A DNA stretch of 47,015 nucleotides from Octopus sinensis. Its lineage: Eukaryota. The translations under genes were made by a program, and so were the position numbers. How positions within the stretch are numbered: position 1 is the stretch's first letter; each line of letters opens with the position of its first letter. Location of the stretch: contig NW_021834638.1 in NCBI RefSeq assembly GCF_006345805.1, positions 1 through 47,015 of the forward strand, written 5' to 3'. Of this stretch, positions 1 to 13,771 are shown piece after piece. Under the pieces are notes generated by a model. The model searched no databases. It had not been told where the DNA came from and saw nothing but the letters and a program-made list of their open reading frames with translations.

Positions 1-440
1 AAGAAGAAGAGAAGAAAGAAAAGAAGAAGAGAAGAAGAAGAAGAAAAAATAATACCGAAAATGGAAACAAGACGTCTTGAATATATAGATGAAATATAAA
101 AGTGGGTGAAAAAAAAGTGCTGGTGTTGCTGCTGCTGCTACTGATGACGAGTGGGAAAATGATGATGATGATAATGATGAGAAGAAGAAGCAGAAGAAGA
201 AGAAGAAGAAGAACAACAACAACAACAACAAAAGTAGCAACAGCAAGAAGAATTTGAAGAAGAAGAAATTGAAGTAGAAAAGAGAAGAAAAAGAAAAAGG
301 AAGCGGATGGTGGTGAGGAGGAGAAGATGAAAGAACGGAAGAGAAAGTAGAACTAGTAGAAGAAGAAAAAGAAGGAAAAGCAAAATGTAAAATAGGAACT
401 AGAAGAACAACAGCAACAACAACGCCAACAAGACACCAAC
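1..440. repeat. Low-complexity purine-rich compound trinucleotide tract (AAG/GAT/AAC)
   Basis: Runs of gaa, gat, caa directly visible; explains ORF 138..383. Confidence 0.9.
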
Positions 441-611
441 ATTTAAACAAAACAATGATTCGTTGATTCGACCACAATGAAATTGAGAACGGTAAGCGTA
501 ATGAAGATTGATTCTAGAAAGTTCTCAGTTTTCATCAAGGTTAATTTTAAAGGAAATTGATATTCCGTGTTGGTAATCCACAATAAACACACAAAGACAC
601 AAAAGGCCTAC

Positions 612-630
612 ACATACGTACATACATACA

Positions 631-664
<34 letters not shown>

Positions 665-819
665 CTTGCTTACATACTTGCATACACAAACACACACACA
701 CATGTATTTACGTACATACGTACATGGTCAATAGGTTCATCTATTAGAACACATATATACATGCAGAGACATACACACACTCATATATATATGCACATAT
801 ATATATATACAAATATCTG

Positions 820-910
<91 letters not shown>
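612..910. repeat. (TACA)n, (CA)n, (TA)n and (TCTA)n microsatellites
   Basis: Direct inspection; about 90 bp (CTAT)n at ~817-910. Confidence 0.95.
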
Positions 911-911
<1 letters not shown>

Positions 912-1250
912 GTACCACTTGAAAAGGAAAGTGAGAGTAGAGAGGCAAGTTTTGTCTAGCGAATGTTTTAAAAAAAGATGGGTGAATGTAGCAAGAATGG
1001 CACGTATGAATGACGAAGCCACCTTGAGCATAGTCCTATGAACCCAGAAATCGAAAACAGAGAGTTGCTTATTTGCAAAAAAAAAAAAAAAAAAAAAAAA
1101 AGAAATATAAAATGTGACTTCATTGACCGAGGTTACCGTGGTCTTTTCCGCAGGCTTTTCTTTCCACGGGTAAACCTCACCTGTCCTCCCCTTTACACTT
1201 CATATTGACATTCTGTGATAACGATCCCTATTGATGATTTTTTCCCTCCC

Positions 1251-1281
<31 letters not shown>

Positions 1282-1435
1282 AACCCCCCTTATTTTTGTC
1301 CTCTTCTCTCCTTTTACGATCCCTTTTGATCGAACCTCCCCTTCCTTTTTTTTTTTTTTTTAATACCTTCAAAGAAAAGCTCTACCTTGTAATTTGTTCT
1401 CTCTGTGTGCAGCCCTGTGTGGCTAATAAAGAAAC

Positions 1436-1458
1436 GTATCTATCTATCTATCTATCTA

Positions 1459-1497
<39 letters not shown>

Positions 1498-1528
1498 TTT
1501 TTTTTCCTAGTTTCAGCTCAGAGCTGCG

Positions 1529-1570
<42 letters not shown>

Positions 1571-1733
1571 AGATAGATAGAGAGATAGCTATAGATATTT
1601 ATATATGTATATACATATAAAGATATATATGTGTATATCTGTATATGCGTATCTCTCTCTCTCTATATATATATAGTAAAATAAATATAAATATATATAT
1701 ACACATATATACATATATATATATACATATATT

Positions 1734-1789
<56 letters not shown>

Positions 1790-2048
1790 ATACAATAGAG
1801 CTACCGTAAATGCCTCTTTTTGGCAATGTATATATGTTCATATAAAAAAAATATACAATAACTCCAGATATGTGCATATTGCGTATATTTGAAGATCGAC
1901 AACGAAGAAATATAAATTGAAATGAGTATTGTTGATGATAATTTTTGAAAGCATTGTCTCTTTCAAAGAGCCTAATTGTTTTGAATGTTTGTGAGTACAT
2001 TCACCCCAGACGCTTTAGGGACTGAAAATATCCCTACAACTATATATG

Positions 2049-2094
<46 letters not shown>

Positions 2095-2258
2095 CATATA
2101 TATATATACATATATATGTGTGTATATATGTGTATATATATAATTTATACATATACATATTATTGAATCTCCATTATTTTTGCCCCTTATATATATATAT
2201 ATATATATTTATTTATACATACATACATACATATATATTTATATATATATATATATGG

Positions 2259-2280
<22 letters not shown>
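1436..2280. repeat. Compound (TCTA)n/(TA)n/(CA)n/(GA)n microsatellite field
   Basis: Direct inspection; source of the YIYI-type ORFs. Confidence 0.9.
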
Positions 2281-2289
<9 letters not shown>

Positions 2290-3344
2290 TTGATAAGATA
2301 CACATACATATGCGCATCTATGTATTTGTTTCGATATATATTAATCTATATATAAGCATATGTATATCCTATTACGAGACTGATATAAAAGAACAAAATG
2401 TATCAAAACATAGAACGCCACAATTATTGGCCATTCCGAATCATGCAAATTAGACAGTTAATTAACCCATTATCTTTGCATGCAATGCCTTCATGAAGTT
2501 AAGTCCAGTGTTGCTTGATAAACCACAACTCCAATATAATCCACGAATATCCAACGAACAATGGAACATTAAGCATGGCGTTAAAATATAATTAAAAAAA
2601 GCCGAATTTTTTTCTGATACTGATATAATTGTTTCGTTAAAAGTCCTTGCTTTAATGTAAACATGATATGATCTGGAGTGTGGTATGAGCAATATTCATA
2701 AGATAAGTGTAATATGTTACCTAACTTCAACATATCCAGCTTTCCGAATAAACAAACCAGCAGTGTCATGTTAATTAATCAAGAGACAATGAATATAGAC
2801 CAAATATCTAATTAGAATTACCAATATTTAAGAAATAGAAAATGAATGGGAAAATAATCTCAATTATCAGTTGGGTAGATAGAAGAATTAGTTTGTATAT
2901 TAAAGGATAGTTGAATGAATTTCTATTCCAAAAATCTCATTGAACTTTGCAACTTGCTCATATAGGCTGGTACTGGCAAAACATGTTAGTATACCGGCAA
3001 ATAGAAGGCGTCAAGCATGACATTTGACTCTATGAAAACGTTCTATGACAGCTGTCAAGGTAGTTAATATAACAACATAAACAGTGTTTAGTATATTGGG
3101 AAATCAAAGGCTGAATACATTCCTGCGTTACTTATTCATTTTCTTAATTCGTCTTGTTTTGATTAATCATTGCAGAACTGATAAAATATTGCGTTAAATT
3201 TAGATTTAATTAATGGAGATCCGGCTTATAATTGAGGGAGAATAACTTAGAGAATACCGCAGGTAAGCGAAGGTCTCTATGAAAGTTTAGATGAGAAGGA
3301 GAGAAAAAGAAGTAGAAGGAAAAGAAAGAATTAAAATTCAAATT

Positions 3345-3412
3345 TTGGCACAAGGCCAGCAATTTCCGCATATTTTATTGACCCTGGCAAAATCGAACTC
3401 GGCGGAATAGAA
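3345..3412 (-). mobile_element. Diverged fragment of tRNA-derived SINE (family A)
   Basis: cacaaggcc...gcaaaatcgaactcggcggaat resembles the reverse complement of family A body and tail. Confidence 0.4.
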
Positions 3413-3627
3413 ATAAAAGTATATGATAGTGTCAACAAAAATAACATATCTAAATCGCACTCATTTGGTATGTATGCACACAAATCGAACGCGCGCGTCT
3501 ACGCGCATCGATATAAATATACATACATACATAAATACATACATAAATACGTACATACACACACACACACACGCATACACACACACACACAAATATATAT
3601 ACTTAGATAGATATATAGATAGATAGA

Positions 3628-3710
3628 TATTCGTCAGATTGACTGCTAACTCCAAAAGTATTTTCATTCTCTCAGTTTATTTCCTCGTGTTCCTTTCTGT
3701 TGAAAAGCGT
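3628..3710 (+). mobile_element. Fragment of Penelope-type terminal sequence ending inside a hammerhead-like motif
   Basis: CCTTT-CTGTTGA-A-AAGCGT (3692-3710) matches the motif at 44474-44510 on the minus strand. Confidence 0.4.
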
Positions 3711-4274
3711 CACTAGTATGAATTGGAAGCGATCCCACACATCTTATTTTTGCAATAAGTATGCTGACTGATTACACAAAGATACCCACCCTTTTCACTT
3801 TATGTTTAGGTACTATGATTTCATAGCATAAAATGTGTGCAATTTTTGCTTAGATTAGTAGATGGTAGTGTGTTTAACTTTTGTAAAGAGAATTTGAACC
3901 CTGCACAATATATTGACTATAGAACATATAGTCTAATATCAGAGCATATAAACCTCCATAACGGAAAACGTGGGTAATAGTACAGGGGATAATAGATTTT
4001 CCCTAATAAATGTAACATATTTTCCGGCAAAAAGGATAATCCTTAAGTTCAGGAGAAAAATGGGTGGGTACATTAGCGTAATTGGTTAGCAAGCAAGAAA
4101 GTAATAGCTGTGGGTTCGATTCGCACGCATGCAAAGTCCCATTGGTTTTTTTCATTACAAGGTATATATGCCTCTAATATTTGATTAGTTTTCTATAGTC
4201 AGTATACAGTGAAGGCTTTTAATTTTACTCACAAACATATTCCAGTCGAAACCGTCCCCATTTCGTGCAGAAAT

Positions 4275-4308
<34 letters not shown>

Positions 4309-4347
4309 AATATGTATGTATGTATCTATCAATCTCTCTGTCTCTCC

Positions 4348-4458
<111 letters not shown>

Positions 4459-4469
4459 GTATATATATC

Positions 4470-4833
4470 CTTTACTAGTTCAGTAATGACGCTGCGGCCA
4501 TGCTCTGGCACCGCCTTGAAGAATTTTAGTCGCATAAATCGAACTTTGTACTTTTTCTTAAGCCTGTTGTTTGTTCTATTGTTTCCTTTTACCGAACTGC
4601 TACGTTATTTTGCCGTAAACACACCAACACCAGTTGTCAAACGGTGGAAAAGTAATAAACAGAGATACAAAGATACACACACCCATAGATATACACACAT
4701 ATACACGAAGGGCTTATTACAGTTTTCGTATACCAACTCCACTCACAGTTAATCAGAGGCTATATGTTACACGCTGTGAGACTGAACACAGAACTTTGTG
4801 GTTGGGAAGCAAGCTTCTAACTTCACAGCTACG
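4470..4833 (-). mobile_element. tRNA-derived SINE (family B), diverged
   Basis: gctgcggccatgctctggcaccgcc...gtggttgggaagcaagc; homologous to 24175-24581. Confidence 0.75.
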
Positions 4834-4901
<68 letters not shown>

Positions 4902-6000
4902 TATATATATGTATGTATGTATGTATGTATGAATATGTGTGTGTGTATGTGAGTGTATCTCCATAAACATGTAAAACAATCAAATATATATTATTTTCCT
5001 TCTGAAGATATCATACTCAGGTCCTATAAATTTAATATTTACTTAATGCTTACTGAACATTAAGTGAAACAGCTGTAAGGGATGATGATTAATTTGCTGT
5101 TAACAATAAACAATGATTAACTTCTCAATCTCCATTTTCTTTTTCTTCTCGTGTGTACATATGTATGTACATATATATATATATATTGTATATGTATATA
5201 TGATTTCGATTATCATTATTATTATATCAGAATCTCCGAAGCAAAGTAAGTTTAAGATACTAAATGCAATATATAGTTTGTAATGTAAATTAGAAATACA
5301 CAGGCAGAAATGCCGCTCTCATTCACAATTAAAGATCACGCGTTATTATCAGGAACTATAATTTTCCCAGTGGGTTTTGATACCCATTTAGTAGCGAGTA
5401 AGTTTATAGATAACTGAATCAAAATGTACTGAAGAAATTATAAATATTTATATTGAATGATCTAAAAAAATGTATATTAATATGTGAAGGATACTCTACT
5501 ATATTTTAATTGCTAATTCAGTCCCATCAACTAGGTACTATGATCAATGTGCACAAAATCCTGGTTATGCTAACAGCGAAAAGTGAATTAAATATATTGG
5601 TTAGACATCGTATGATTTTAAGTTAGATCAGACATCTGCCTCAAAGAATTATTTCATCTGTGAATAAATAAATTTGAGATTGTAAACTATAATTGATGAT
5701 GTGAAGAGGACATTCCCAAAACAGAACTAAATTTTCAGAAAGGAATGACTTTGCATCGTCAACAAATGCGAGAACTCGCTTGCAAACAAATGACAAATGA
5801 TGAACATTTACTTTATAATTAGAGGTGCCTCATCCCAGGTTTTCTTTAATTGTGTTAAAATTCTGACGAAACTGTGGATCACAAATGTGTAAAGAAAGAG
5901 TTTCATAATACGAGGTACCACTACAAAAATCACACCTAAATATCACATGACAACAACTTCTAACAAACGACGCACGCAACAACGTACTAAAGGATATGTT

Positions 6001-6047
<47 letters not shown>

Positions 6048-7257
6048 AACAGACACTGATACAAGCTGATAGAGATGTAGATGGATTCATATACTGATCA
6101 ATGAATAGATGGGTAGATATATTATATCTAGACTAACTTTATACGCCTTCATTTTCGTCATCAGTATACAAGTTTTATATAGGCTGATTATTGTCGTTGT
6201 TCTTCTTACTGTAATTATTCTTAACAACAACGATGATGATGGCGATGATAATAATAATAATAATAATAATTTATTTATTTATTTTTTAAATACATATTTT
6301 ATCTGTGAATGTGCGTGTGTAATCTGAGAATGCATACAATGAACTTCTCTGCCCTAGGTGTACGGAAAATACTCGCCGAGAAACGGAAGAAAAATTGAAG
6401 AAAGAAGGAAAAAAATAATAATAATGGTGAAACTTTACTTTCTGGAATTACTTACCCACTGCAGTAGAAATGTATCGTTAAAATTTTACAGAGCAGTATA
6501 AAGAGGAAATCATTATATAATGTCTTCTGCTGTACCCAAAACATTCAAAGAAAACTTTCCAAAACCGTACGATGACATCTACGTTTCAGTTTCCACATGA
6601 AATCGCTCGGTATTGTTTCTTCTACATTTTCAACGGCAGCAAAAATTGAGACAAAATGGCGTACCGAAAGACAGTTTTGTAAGGAGCTCAGAATTCCACA
6701 ATGTTGATATACAGCTTGACATTATATTCAGCCTTAGTGATATGTTTATTTTTATATCCTCTGCATTATATTTTCTTTATTACATTTAATCAATAAACTT
6801 TGACGCAAGAATGTTCTTTGCTTTCGAAATATTTTTTTGCTCGATCGAATTATCAAAATTTAATTACTTTTTCTCCGTGAAATCTGAGATGTGACCTGTG
6901 AGAAGTATATTGGAACTTAAGATATTAAATATGACAAAAATCAAACAAACATAACAAGCAAAAAGAAAGACAACAGAGTGAATATAAGAAAAGTATAATA
7001 ATATATGAAAATATATATGATATGAAAATATATTATATGAAATGATATCATATGATGTGAAGTTATATAACAAATTTAAATAAAAAGTTTATTGAATTAT
7101 TTACGAATGTAGAAACGAAAACAAAATAAATTTGAATATATAAAAAAATAATTTAAGAATTACGAATTTTCAGTTGCAACATTTAATAAATCTAGCGATG
7201 GCCAATAACGATTATAGTAGAAACAACAACATTAAGGAGAACAACGGAAACCCTATC

Positions 7258-7412
7258 AGCAGCAGCAGCGTTGGCCACGATAGCAATTGCTACGGAAACA
7301 TCGCCACCATCACCAACACCAGCAGCAGCGCAGCAGCAGCAGCACCACCACCACCACCACCACCACCACCACTATCATCATCATCGTCGTGGTCATCGTC
7401 ATCATCACCACC

Positions 7413-7446
<34 letters not shown>

Positions 7447-7560
7447 TCATCACCACCAACATCATCATCGCCACCACCACCACCACGATCACCACCACCA
7501 CTATCATCATCATCATCATCATCATTATCATCACCATCATCATCATCATCATCATCATCA
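7258..7560. repeat. Compound (CAG)n/(CAC)n/(CAT)n trinucleotide tract
   Basis: Direct inspection; gives poly-H/P/S/T/D/M ORFs in several frames. Confidence 0.95.
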
Positions 7561-7594
7561 ATTGGTGCTGCATCAAGGAAAACAACCTCGTATA

Positions 7595-7790
7595 CAACTA
7601 CAATAATGTTGGCTTTATATTCTGACCCAAGGCCAAGAATCTCGGAGGAGCGGGCAAATTTAATTACATGGACCACCACCGATGTTCAACTGGTTCTCAT
7701 TTCATCGACCTTGAAAGGATGAAGGGCAATATCAACCTCGGCAGAATTCGAACTCAAAACCTAGAGCCGCTAGGGATTTTCCCTGGCGTA
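7595..7790 (-). mobile_element. tRNA-derived SINE (family A), diverged
   Basis: aaaggatgaagggcaatatcaacctcggcagaattcgaactc is the reverse complement of the B-box/body consensus. Confidence 0.75.
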
Positions 7791-7836
7791 ACAGAAATAC
7801 ATGTTTTATCTGCCTGGATATTTTAACCTCGTTTCT

Positions 7837-7879
<43 letters not shown>

Positions 7880-7898
<19 letters not shown>

Positions 7899-8412
7899 GT
7901 GTGTGTACTTATATATGCACCGTATTTTCCTGCATACGTTTCTACATTTCAGATCAAAATTTACAGCAATGAAGAATAGGCTAACTTAGACACTAAGACG
8001 CCTGAGGATGACAACAAATTCCATGTGAAAAGCAGTATAATTTAGAAAGATAATGACGATGTTTGAATGTTTAGTCTGCATCTCCGCCATGACGGTATAA
8101 ATATCAAAAATGCTTCTTACCTGTTAAATCTTTATATATATATAATATATATATATATGTATGTGTGTGTGTGTGTGTACTTATATATGCACCGTATTTT
8201 CCTGCATACGTTCTACATTTCAGATCAAAATTTACAGCAATGAAGAATAGGCTAACTTAGACACTAAGACGCCTGAGGATGACAACAAATTCCATGTGAA
8301 AAGCAGTATAATTTAGAAAGATAATGACGATGTTTGAATGTTTAGTCTGCATCTCCGCCATGACGGTATAAATATCAAAAATGCTTCTTACCTGTTAAAT
8401 CTTTATATATAT
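7880..8412. repeat. Near-identical tandem duplication of ~260 bp (7880-8140 / 8158-8412) bounded by (TA)n
   Basis: Copies align with about one indel outside the microsatellites. Confidence 0.9.
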
Positions 8413-8723
8413 ATTAATAGATATACTATTCATATAGATGTGGAATTATAATCGTAAATAAAGTCAAAAATAGAAAATAACAATTGCAATAATTAAACAT
8501 TATTGGAAATGGAAACATGATTAGTTTCACTTTTTTTTTTTATTGTGTTGCGAAATATCTTCTCCTCCGTTCCTTTTGGAATCTCTAGTGACCCATCCTA
8601 TTCCAATCCCGACAATGTCTCGATTTCTTAATAAAATTTCTGATTGAAAAAATCATCTAGCATGAGTACAGCTATTAAAATTTATTATTTTTATACTGAA
8701 AAATCTAGCTCTACTTAAATAGT

Positions 8724-8915
8724 GATGGTGCATTGCACAGTGGTTAGAGCGTCAGACTCACAACCATGAGGTAGTGACTTCGATTACTAGACTGGGTTGA
8801 GTCTTGTGTTCTTGAGCAAGACACTTTATTTCCTGTTGCTCAAGTTCACTCAGCTATAGAAATGAGTTATGACGTCACTGGTACCAAGGTGTATCGGCCT
8901 TTGCCTTTCCCTTTG
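8724..8915 (+). mobile_element. tRNA-derived SINE (family C)
   Basis: A-box-like ttgcacagtggttagagcg, B-box-like gacttcgattac, then gtgttcttgagcaagacactt body typical of tRNA SINEs. Confidence 0.65.
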
Positions 8916-8925
8916 AACTGGTTTT

Positions 8926-9097
8926 TAGGCGGTGAGCTGGCAGAATCCATAACACGCTTGAATATATCCTTACTGGCATTACGCCTGTCTTTACATTTTG
9001 ATTTCAAATCCCGCCGAGGTCCACTTTGCCTTTCATTTTCCATAGTGAGCAACCCCTTCCATCAAAATTGCAGGCCTTGTGCCAATAAATGAAAGGC
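8926..9097 (+). mobile_element. tRNA-derived SINE (family A)
   Basis: aggcggtgagctggcagaat...ttcaaatcccgccgaggtccactttgcc. Confidence 0.8.
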
Positions 9098-9165
9098 TTA
9101 TTTTTATGAATTCACTCTTAAGTTGTTCGATTCTGAACAAGAAGTGAGTCATCTTAGTTGTTTAC

Positions 9166-9280
9166 CTGAATATGAACTACGTTCGAAGAGAATTATGTTC
9201 GAAAGTATTCCGACCATGAGTCGCCCGATTGTCACGGTGTATCGCTGAATACATTGTCCATTGCTTCTTGCATTTCTGTC
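9166..9280 (-). other. Possible 115-nt internal exon (unverified)
   Basis: Polypyrimidine acceptor cccattcttccttccAG and donor CAG|GTAAAC; one frame open (TENARSNGQCIQRYTVTIGRLMVGILSNIILFERSSYS); no protein recognised. Confidence 0.2.
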
Positions 9281-9824
9281 TGGAAGGAAGAATGGGTTGA
9301 TATTTCTGTTATGAGAACTATATATTTACTTTACAAACATCACAAACATCACAAAAATAAATCGTTTTGAAGACGGATCAACATTCTATTCGTTCCTTGC
9401 CATTTTGAGTTTAGCATCTACCCCATCTCTCTCAGAATTATTTCCATACGGTTCTTTCATACCTCTTGGATATATCATTGGGAAGCTTAAATATAACCAA
9501 TACAAAGTGATTTAGATCATAAAAGTATGTTCGATATAAAAAGAAGCGCATTTTTTTTTCTTGGGACAATTGCCCTGATCTGTATGAGAACAAATGATTC
9601 TGTAAGAGTTCTAAATACGATGCGATATGGTAAGTTGGCAGACAGGGAACACGAGCGAATGGAAGAAGGATGAAAAGTATAAGCATTGAAGAGATCCAGT
9701 AAGTCTAAAGAGGCACACTGTCCTTTGATTTCAAGGTTTTATGTGGGATAAATGGCTTCCAATTGACTGTTTATATATAGATTTTATTTTTTTGTGAGAT
9801 GAGTGTGGGGGTATATGGGTGTGT

Positions 9825-11015
<1,191 letters not shown>

Positions 11016-11699
11016 ACATTATCACATTACGCATCAATTTTTCCAGCAGGTTTGTTTATCATTGTTTATCACCCAACACTTTATTTCATTAGCTTTATCT
11101 AACTCTCTATTTCCGTTATTTTATTCATAACATTTGCCTTATCTTCCTCTCACATAAGATTCCGGATGTCTATATTCAATAACATTTCTAGGTATTCTTA
11201 ATTTTCCTATAGAATCGCTTATATATCTATTTGGATTATAATCATATTTGTTTATATCACTAATAGTCTCGTCTGCGATTTTTTTATTCTGTTTATGACT
11301 TTTCTTTGCATTTTTGATTTTTATTGACACATGCATCTATCTTTCTCTTCCTTTCCTTTTACGCTCATTACAAATCCTTTTCAGGACGTGAATATATTTC
11401 ACAATCTCAATACTCTCCCTCTCTGTTTTTTTCTCTTTTTTTCTCGTTCTGTCTGTTTCTCTCTCTCCTTTCCTGTTCTCTCTCGAGGAATATTACACAT
11501 GCGAGTCTAAGAGCGTGCATGTGAGCGTGCTTCTGAATACGAACGCGTTCACGGACACACCACAAGAATATACACCATGGGCATGCATAGAGAAATATAT
11601 TCACATATGCATGCATGCATATATATATATAAATAAACACACATATGTATATATATACATATATAGATACACATATGTATATATATACATACACACATA

Positions 11700-11753
<54 letters not shown>

Positions 11754-12112
11754 CATCTACTTCCATTTCTGTAAGCTTATTCTATTTCACCTCTCACTCT
11801 AGACCTCTCCACTATTAGTTTACTGCTAATTTCTTTCTTTCTCCTCCTTCTTTTTCTATAAACTACCTTTGACGTTATATCTACTAACGATTAAAACAAT
11901 CTTGTTAGCGTTCCCTTCATCATATACGCAGTCATCACATTCTGTTAAAATGTCTTATTGATGTGTTTGGTTTCTTTCTTTCCTTGATGAGAAGATTGCA
12001 TTGTTTTACACCATTTTGTTCCGTCTTCGAAACATATGTCGGAAGTAAAAGAATTTGAATAACACCGGCGTTTAACTCCATTTATTTATCTATATATATA
12101 TATGTGTACATG

Positions 12113-12166
<54 letters not shown>

Positions 12167-12283
12167 GCATATACATTCATTTTTATATACAAACTGATGA
12201 CAGAATGAAGGATGAACTTTATATGATATATTTTATGTATTTCTGTACGCATTTGAGTACAAATATGTGCGTGTGTGTGTGAA

Positions 12284-12321
<38 letters not shown>

Positions 12322-12511
12322 GTATATGTGTGTGTTTGTGTGAAAGAGAGAGAGAGAGAGTGAGAGAGAAAGCATATATGTGTGTGTTTGTTTGTGAGCG
12401 TGTGTATGTATAATATATGTTTAAATGTATATGTGTGAATTCATATACATATCTATTTGTATCTATATATGCTAATCTAGCTATTTAATTATCTATAACA
12501 TTATTCTTAAT

Positions 12512-12726
12512 AAGGCAGCGGAAGCTGGCAGAATTGTTAGCACGCCGGGCGAAATACTTAGCGATATTTCGTCTACCTCTACGTTCTAAGTTCAAATTCC
12601 GCTGAGGTCGACTTTGCCTTTTATCCTTTCTGGGTCGATAAATAAGTACCAGGCAACTACTGCGGTCGATATAATCGACTATCCCCCTCCCCACCAATTT
12701 CAGGCATTGCACCTATAGTAGAAAGG
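12512..12726 (+). mobile_element. tRNA-derived SINE (family A)
   Basis: A-box tggcagaattgt, B-box aagttcaaattcc, body gtcgactttgcc...gtcgataaataagtaccag. Confidence 0.9.
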
Positions 12727-12762
12727 TTCATTAATATTCTTGTTATTATTCGTAATGTTATT

Positions 12763-12983
12763 AGGGCGGCAAGCTGGCTGAATCGTTATCACGGCGGGAA
12801 AATGCCTAGCGGCATTTTGTCCATGTTGATGCTCTGAGTTTAAATCCTACCGTGGTCGGCTTCGCCATTCATCCTTTCAGGGTCGATAAAATAAGTATTA
12901 GTTGAACACTACAGCCGATGCAATCCTCTTATCCATTCTCCCGAAAATACTGGTTTTGTGCTAAAATTTGAACCTATTATTAC

Positions 12984-13019
<36 letters not shown>
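12763..13019 (+). mobile_element. tRNA-derived SINE (family A), diverged, followed by (ATT)n
   Basis: gggcggcaagctggctgaatcgtt...gagtttaaatcc...gtcgataaaataagt. Confidence 0.85.
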
Positions 13020-13589
13020 CTCCTTCCTTCATTTTTGTTTTCATTTCTTGAGGAGTGTCTTCCCAACACATAGGGCAAAGAAATTGACTATATACAACTG
13101 TAGGCCTTATTACTATTATTATTATTATTATTATTGTTGTTGTTGTTGTTGTTGTTTTTGTCGTCGTCATCGTCGTTATTATATTAGCCACTTTTGGATT
13201 TGGCTGACTGTGAATTTCTGGGTTTTCCAAAGTGCAAGAAGGAATAAGATTCTTTTCTAGAAATATGACAGTGCACCGCACATGGAAGTTTCCAGTTACG
13301 AAACCATCAGTCACATTCTTTGAACAGATGAGAACCAATAGCGCTTGACGCTACTTTCTTCGCAGGGTTTGCTAGCTCATAAAATCTGAGCAGATTTCGA
13401 AGAATGTCTCACCGAACGACCTATAACTTCAGCCGGTGAACGGCTGTGATTCCTCCTTTTTCATTTTGTAGACTGTGAAGACAAGAAATGCAAAGTTAAT
13501 CTTTTTTTATGTGTCTTTATTCGGTAGGAGAAGCAGTGTTCATGACATTATATAGGGCCTCCATGACTGGAGAGAAAAATATTTTCTTA

Positions 13590-13770
13590 CTTTTTTTCAG
13601 TCGTTCGACTGCGGCCTTGCTGGGGTACATCTTGAAAGGTTTTAGCTGAAGAAATTGACAACAGGGCTTATTTTTTCTGTAAGCCTGATACTCAAGCTAT
13701 CGACTCTTGCAGAACCGCCGAATTACGGGAAGGTAAACATGTTAGCACCAGTTGTCAGGTGGAGGACAAA
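13590..13770 (-). mobile_element. 3' half of SINE family B, abutting the RTE LINE
   Basis: ttcagtcgttcgactgcggccttgctgggg...gttgtcaggtggaggacaaa matches 24190-24370; tRNA head absent. Confidence 0.75.
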
Positions 13771-13771
13771 T

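Noticed and set aside
479-537. Imperfect hairpin tgaaattgagaac..gttctcagttttca with a TGAAGA..GAAA inside
   Set aside because: No helix II or helix I consistent with a hammerhead; short AT-rich pairing can arise by chance
6449-6470. Minus-strand GG|GTAAGT donor just after a CAG
   Set aside because: No convincing exon; would need a 3-nt exon or a weak acceptor
8002-8030. CTGAGGA...GAAA hammerhead-like spacing
   Set aside because: Helices I-III cannot be formed
12485-12712. ORF MQCLKLVGRG... and the similar ORFs 40294..40569 and 40589..40891
   Set aside because: Antisense translations of SINE family A
13190-13325. ETISHIL-like peptide suggesting another R4 relic
   Set aside because: Single short motif; too weak to call
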